56,440 nt of DNA from Octopus bimaculoides. Its lineage: Eukaryota. The notes under the pieces were generated by a model. The model saw only the letters and a list, made by a program, of their open reading frames with translations. It was not told the origin of the DNA and did not search any database. The translations under genes and the position numbers were made by a program. The stretch is from positions 20,198,460-20,254,899 of the forward strand of contig NC_069005.1 of the NCBI RefSeq assembly GCF_001194135.2. Reading direction: 5' to 3'. Below, piece after piece: positions 53,771-56,440 of the stretch; positions within the stretch are counted from its first letter, which is position 1; every line of letters begins with the position of its first letter.

Positions 53771-54732
53771 ACCAAGGTGTATATATATNNNNNNNNNNNN
53801 NNNNNNNNNNNNNNNNNNNNNNNNNNNNNNNNNNNNNNNNNNNNNNNNNNNNNNNNNNNNNNNNNNNNNNNNNNNNNNNNNNNNNNNNNNNNNNNNNNNN
53901 NNNNNNNNNNNNNNNNNNNNNNNNNNNNNNNNNNNNNNNNNNNNNNNNNNNNNNNNNNNNNNNNNNNNNNNNNNNNNNNNNNNNNNNNNNNNNNNNNNNN
54001 NNNNNNNNNNNNNNNNNNNNNNNNNNNNNNNNNNNNNNNNNNNNNNNNNNNNNNNNNNNNNNNNNNNNNNNNNNNNNNNNNNNNNNNNNNNNNNNNNNNN
54101 NNNNNNNNNNNNNNNNNNNNNNNNNNNNNNNNNNNNNNNNNNNNNNNNNNNNNNNNNNNNNNNNNNNNNNNNNNNNNNNNNNNNNNNNNNNNNNNNNNNN
54201 NNNNNNNNNNNNNNNNNNNNNNNNNNNNNNNNNNNNTTCTCATAATTGTTTTGCTAATCCAATAACAACAATACAAAGTATGTAGCCCTTAAAATGGTTT
54301 TTGTGCATTTATAGAGAATACCAAACTGTCTTACACAGGATATTGTTTTTAGGAATTCCCAATAAGTTATGAATACCCAAATTGTGAAGTCAGTTATGTA
54401 ATAACAAGAAATTAGTTACCTGATAGTAAGAATTCAAATAAAGTTGCCCCAAAAAGGGCTTTAATGCATTCCCAGAGTTTATAAAACATAGGAGGAATGG
54501 GTTATTTCTCTTGGTTTTTAAAATAAAATATATTAGATATATATAAGGATCCCTTCCAGGGGCCTTAGTATCGATTTTTTTTTTCAACAATCTGAGTATG
54601 CTGTGAGGTTTCCAGACATGAGTTCTACTCACATGTCAAGTTTCATGAAAATTGATAAAACAATGTAGGAGTAAGCTAACAACTCCACAAACACCCCCCC
54701 AGACAGAATTTCCCACATATGTAGTAGATATG

Positions 54733-54778
<46 letters not shown>

Positions 54779-55382
54779 TATGTATCTGTATATATGTCTG
54801 TATGAGTTAGAGGTTATAAACCATCTTAGGGATATTAAATATCCAATATACTACTAGATGTATACCTTCGTATTTTTAACCAAGTGCTTACTATTATTGC
54901 ATGGCAATATTGCATTCGAATACTAGTTATGAGTGGGGGTAAATTGGAAATTTACCCAGGATTTATAAGGGAAATAAGAAAATGGAAAGGATATAAAATC
55001 AACAAACAATAGCCAGTAAACATTCCATTATATCTATTTATTAAATGATAACAAACGTGTTTAAGTGGTACAAGTAAACGAATGAGATCAGCCAATAAAT
55101 ACGTAAACAGATATATAGAGAGAGATGAATGAATAATAATAGATGAGTGTACAGATTACAAATCACTTATGGCCATTTCTACCATGTGGCCTCAGAATCT
55201 TCCAAGTCTACCTAGAATTTACTCACAAGGTATTGGAATCTTATATGTATACCATTCTGCCTAAATAATGTATCTACAAATGCAATATCCCTGCATATCT
55301 CACATCTATTTTCATTCCTCCACTTCACTCTCTATTTCATATCTTATCTAGAATAACTATTGCTTTACCATTTTCTCACACC

Positions 55383-55430
55383 GTCTTCGATGAAGGGATA
55401 TAATAAATATCCTGGAAACAGCTGTAAGAC
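55383..55430 (+). ncRNA. Mutated copy of the same hammerhead
   Basis: GTCT-TCGATGA-AGGGATA…TATCCTG-GAAACAGCTGTA-AGAC; the core CUGAUGA is altered to UCGAUGA. Confidence 0.5.
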
Positions 55431-55647
55431 CTTCTATTTATAAATGTTCTAAAATCTTCACAGCCTTGGTTTTTTATCTCATTCTGAAAAAAAATTTTTT
55501 TATATATACACATGCTGATATATGACCTTCGTCAGACTCCTTATTCGCATAATCACTGAACTTGGAGCTTAACTATGGTCTGTCCATAGCACTTACTCAG
55601 CATTACCTGACACCTTTGGGTCTTATTGACACCATTATCTCTCATAG

Positions 55648-55703
<56 letters not shown>

Positions 55704-56078
55704 CATATATGTGTGTGTGTGTGTGTATGTATATGTATACACATGTATATTTATATGCATGTATATATTTATACACATGTATATTTATATATATATATAT
55801 AGGTTATGAGAGGTAATGGTGTCAAGAAGACCCAAAGGTGTCAGGTAATGCTGAGTAAGTGCTATGGACAGACTANNNNNNNNNNAAGAAGACCCAAAGG
55901 TGTCAGGTAATGCTGAGTAAGTGCTATGGACAGACTATAGTTAAGCTCCAGGTTCGGTGATTATGTGAATGAGGACTCCAACGTAGGTCATATTTCAGCA
56001 TGTGTATATATAAAAAAATTAACAGAATGGGATAAAATCCAAGGCTGTGAAAGATTTCAGAACATTTATAAATAGAAG

Positions 56079-56126
56079 GTCTTACAGCTGTTTCCGGAAT
56101 ATTTTATATATCCCTTCATCAGAGAC
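56079..56126 (-). ncRNA. Type I hammerhead ribozyme (Penelope-type, palindromic stem III)
   Basis: Minus strand GTCT-CTGATGA-A-GGGATAT-ATAAA-ATATTCC-G-GAA-ACAGCTGT-A-AGAC: stem I GUCU/AGAC, intact core, 7-bp stem II, GUA cleavage triplet. Confidence 0.7.
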
Positions 56127-56440
56127 GGTGTGAGAAAATGGTTAAGCAATAGTTATTCTAGATAAGATATGAAATAGAGAGTGAAGTGGAGGAATGAAAA
56201 TAGATGTGAGATATGCAGGGATATTGTATCTATGCTTGGAATGACCAATTTTAAATACTATTGGAACTTAATCACAAGGTACAGGGATCTTATATGTATA
56301 CCATTCTGCCTAAATAATGGAACTGAAGATAAAATATCCCTGCATATCTCACGTCTATTTTCATTCCTCCACTTCACTCTCTATTTCATATCTTATCTAG
56401 AATAACTATTGCTTAACCATTTTCTTATACTATCTCCAAT

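Larger units (their letters stand above)
55225..56425. mobile_element. Three copies (direct / inverted / partial direct) of a ~400-bp Penelope-like terminal repeat
   Basis: 55286-55640 is the reverse complement of 55801-56225 (minus the duplicated segment at the N-gap). 56270-56425 repeats 55225-55378 directly. The two longer copies carry a hammerhead motif. Confidence 0.65.

Noticed and set aside
3666-54276. Long ORFs containing X runs or YIYI/THTH/ERER repeats
   Set aside because: Artefacts of N-gaps and dinucleotide microsatellites.
55825-55935. 50-bp direct duplication on both sides of a 10-N gap
   Set aside because: Typical contig-overlap artefact at a scaffold join.

Overview
AT-rich, repeat-dense animal genomic DNA with many (AT)n/(CA)n/(GA)n microsatellites and N-gaps. 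The SINE/LINE repertoire suggests an octopus (inference). Three spliced genes can be assembled by hand with GT-AG boundaries and consistent phases. (1) A two-exon Harbinger/PIF-transposase-derived HARBI1/ALP1-like gene on the minus strand (7388-7030, 1161-207; 437 aa) in which two conserved Asp residues are encoded as Asn. (2) IFT20 on the plus strand (4 exons, 13131-19618; 132 aa). (3) A KCTD10/TNFAIP1/KCTD13 (BACURD) BTB gene on the minus strand (5 coding exons, 44220-24975; 286 aa). The rest is decayed transposons: RTE, R4/Dong-like, mariner, hAT/piggyBac/Tc MITEs, a Helitron fragment and tRNA-derived SINEs. Main highlights: a probably domesticated pseudo-transposase whose two Asn codons would revert to Asp by A-to-I editing; a type I hammerhead ribozyme inside inverted Penelope-like repeats at the right end; IFT20-BACURD linkage shared with human; a 146-bp GC-rich insert with a 15-bp target-site duplication (TSD); and an ~850-bp foldback element with an 8-bp TSD and a telomere-like core.
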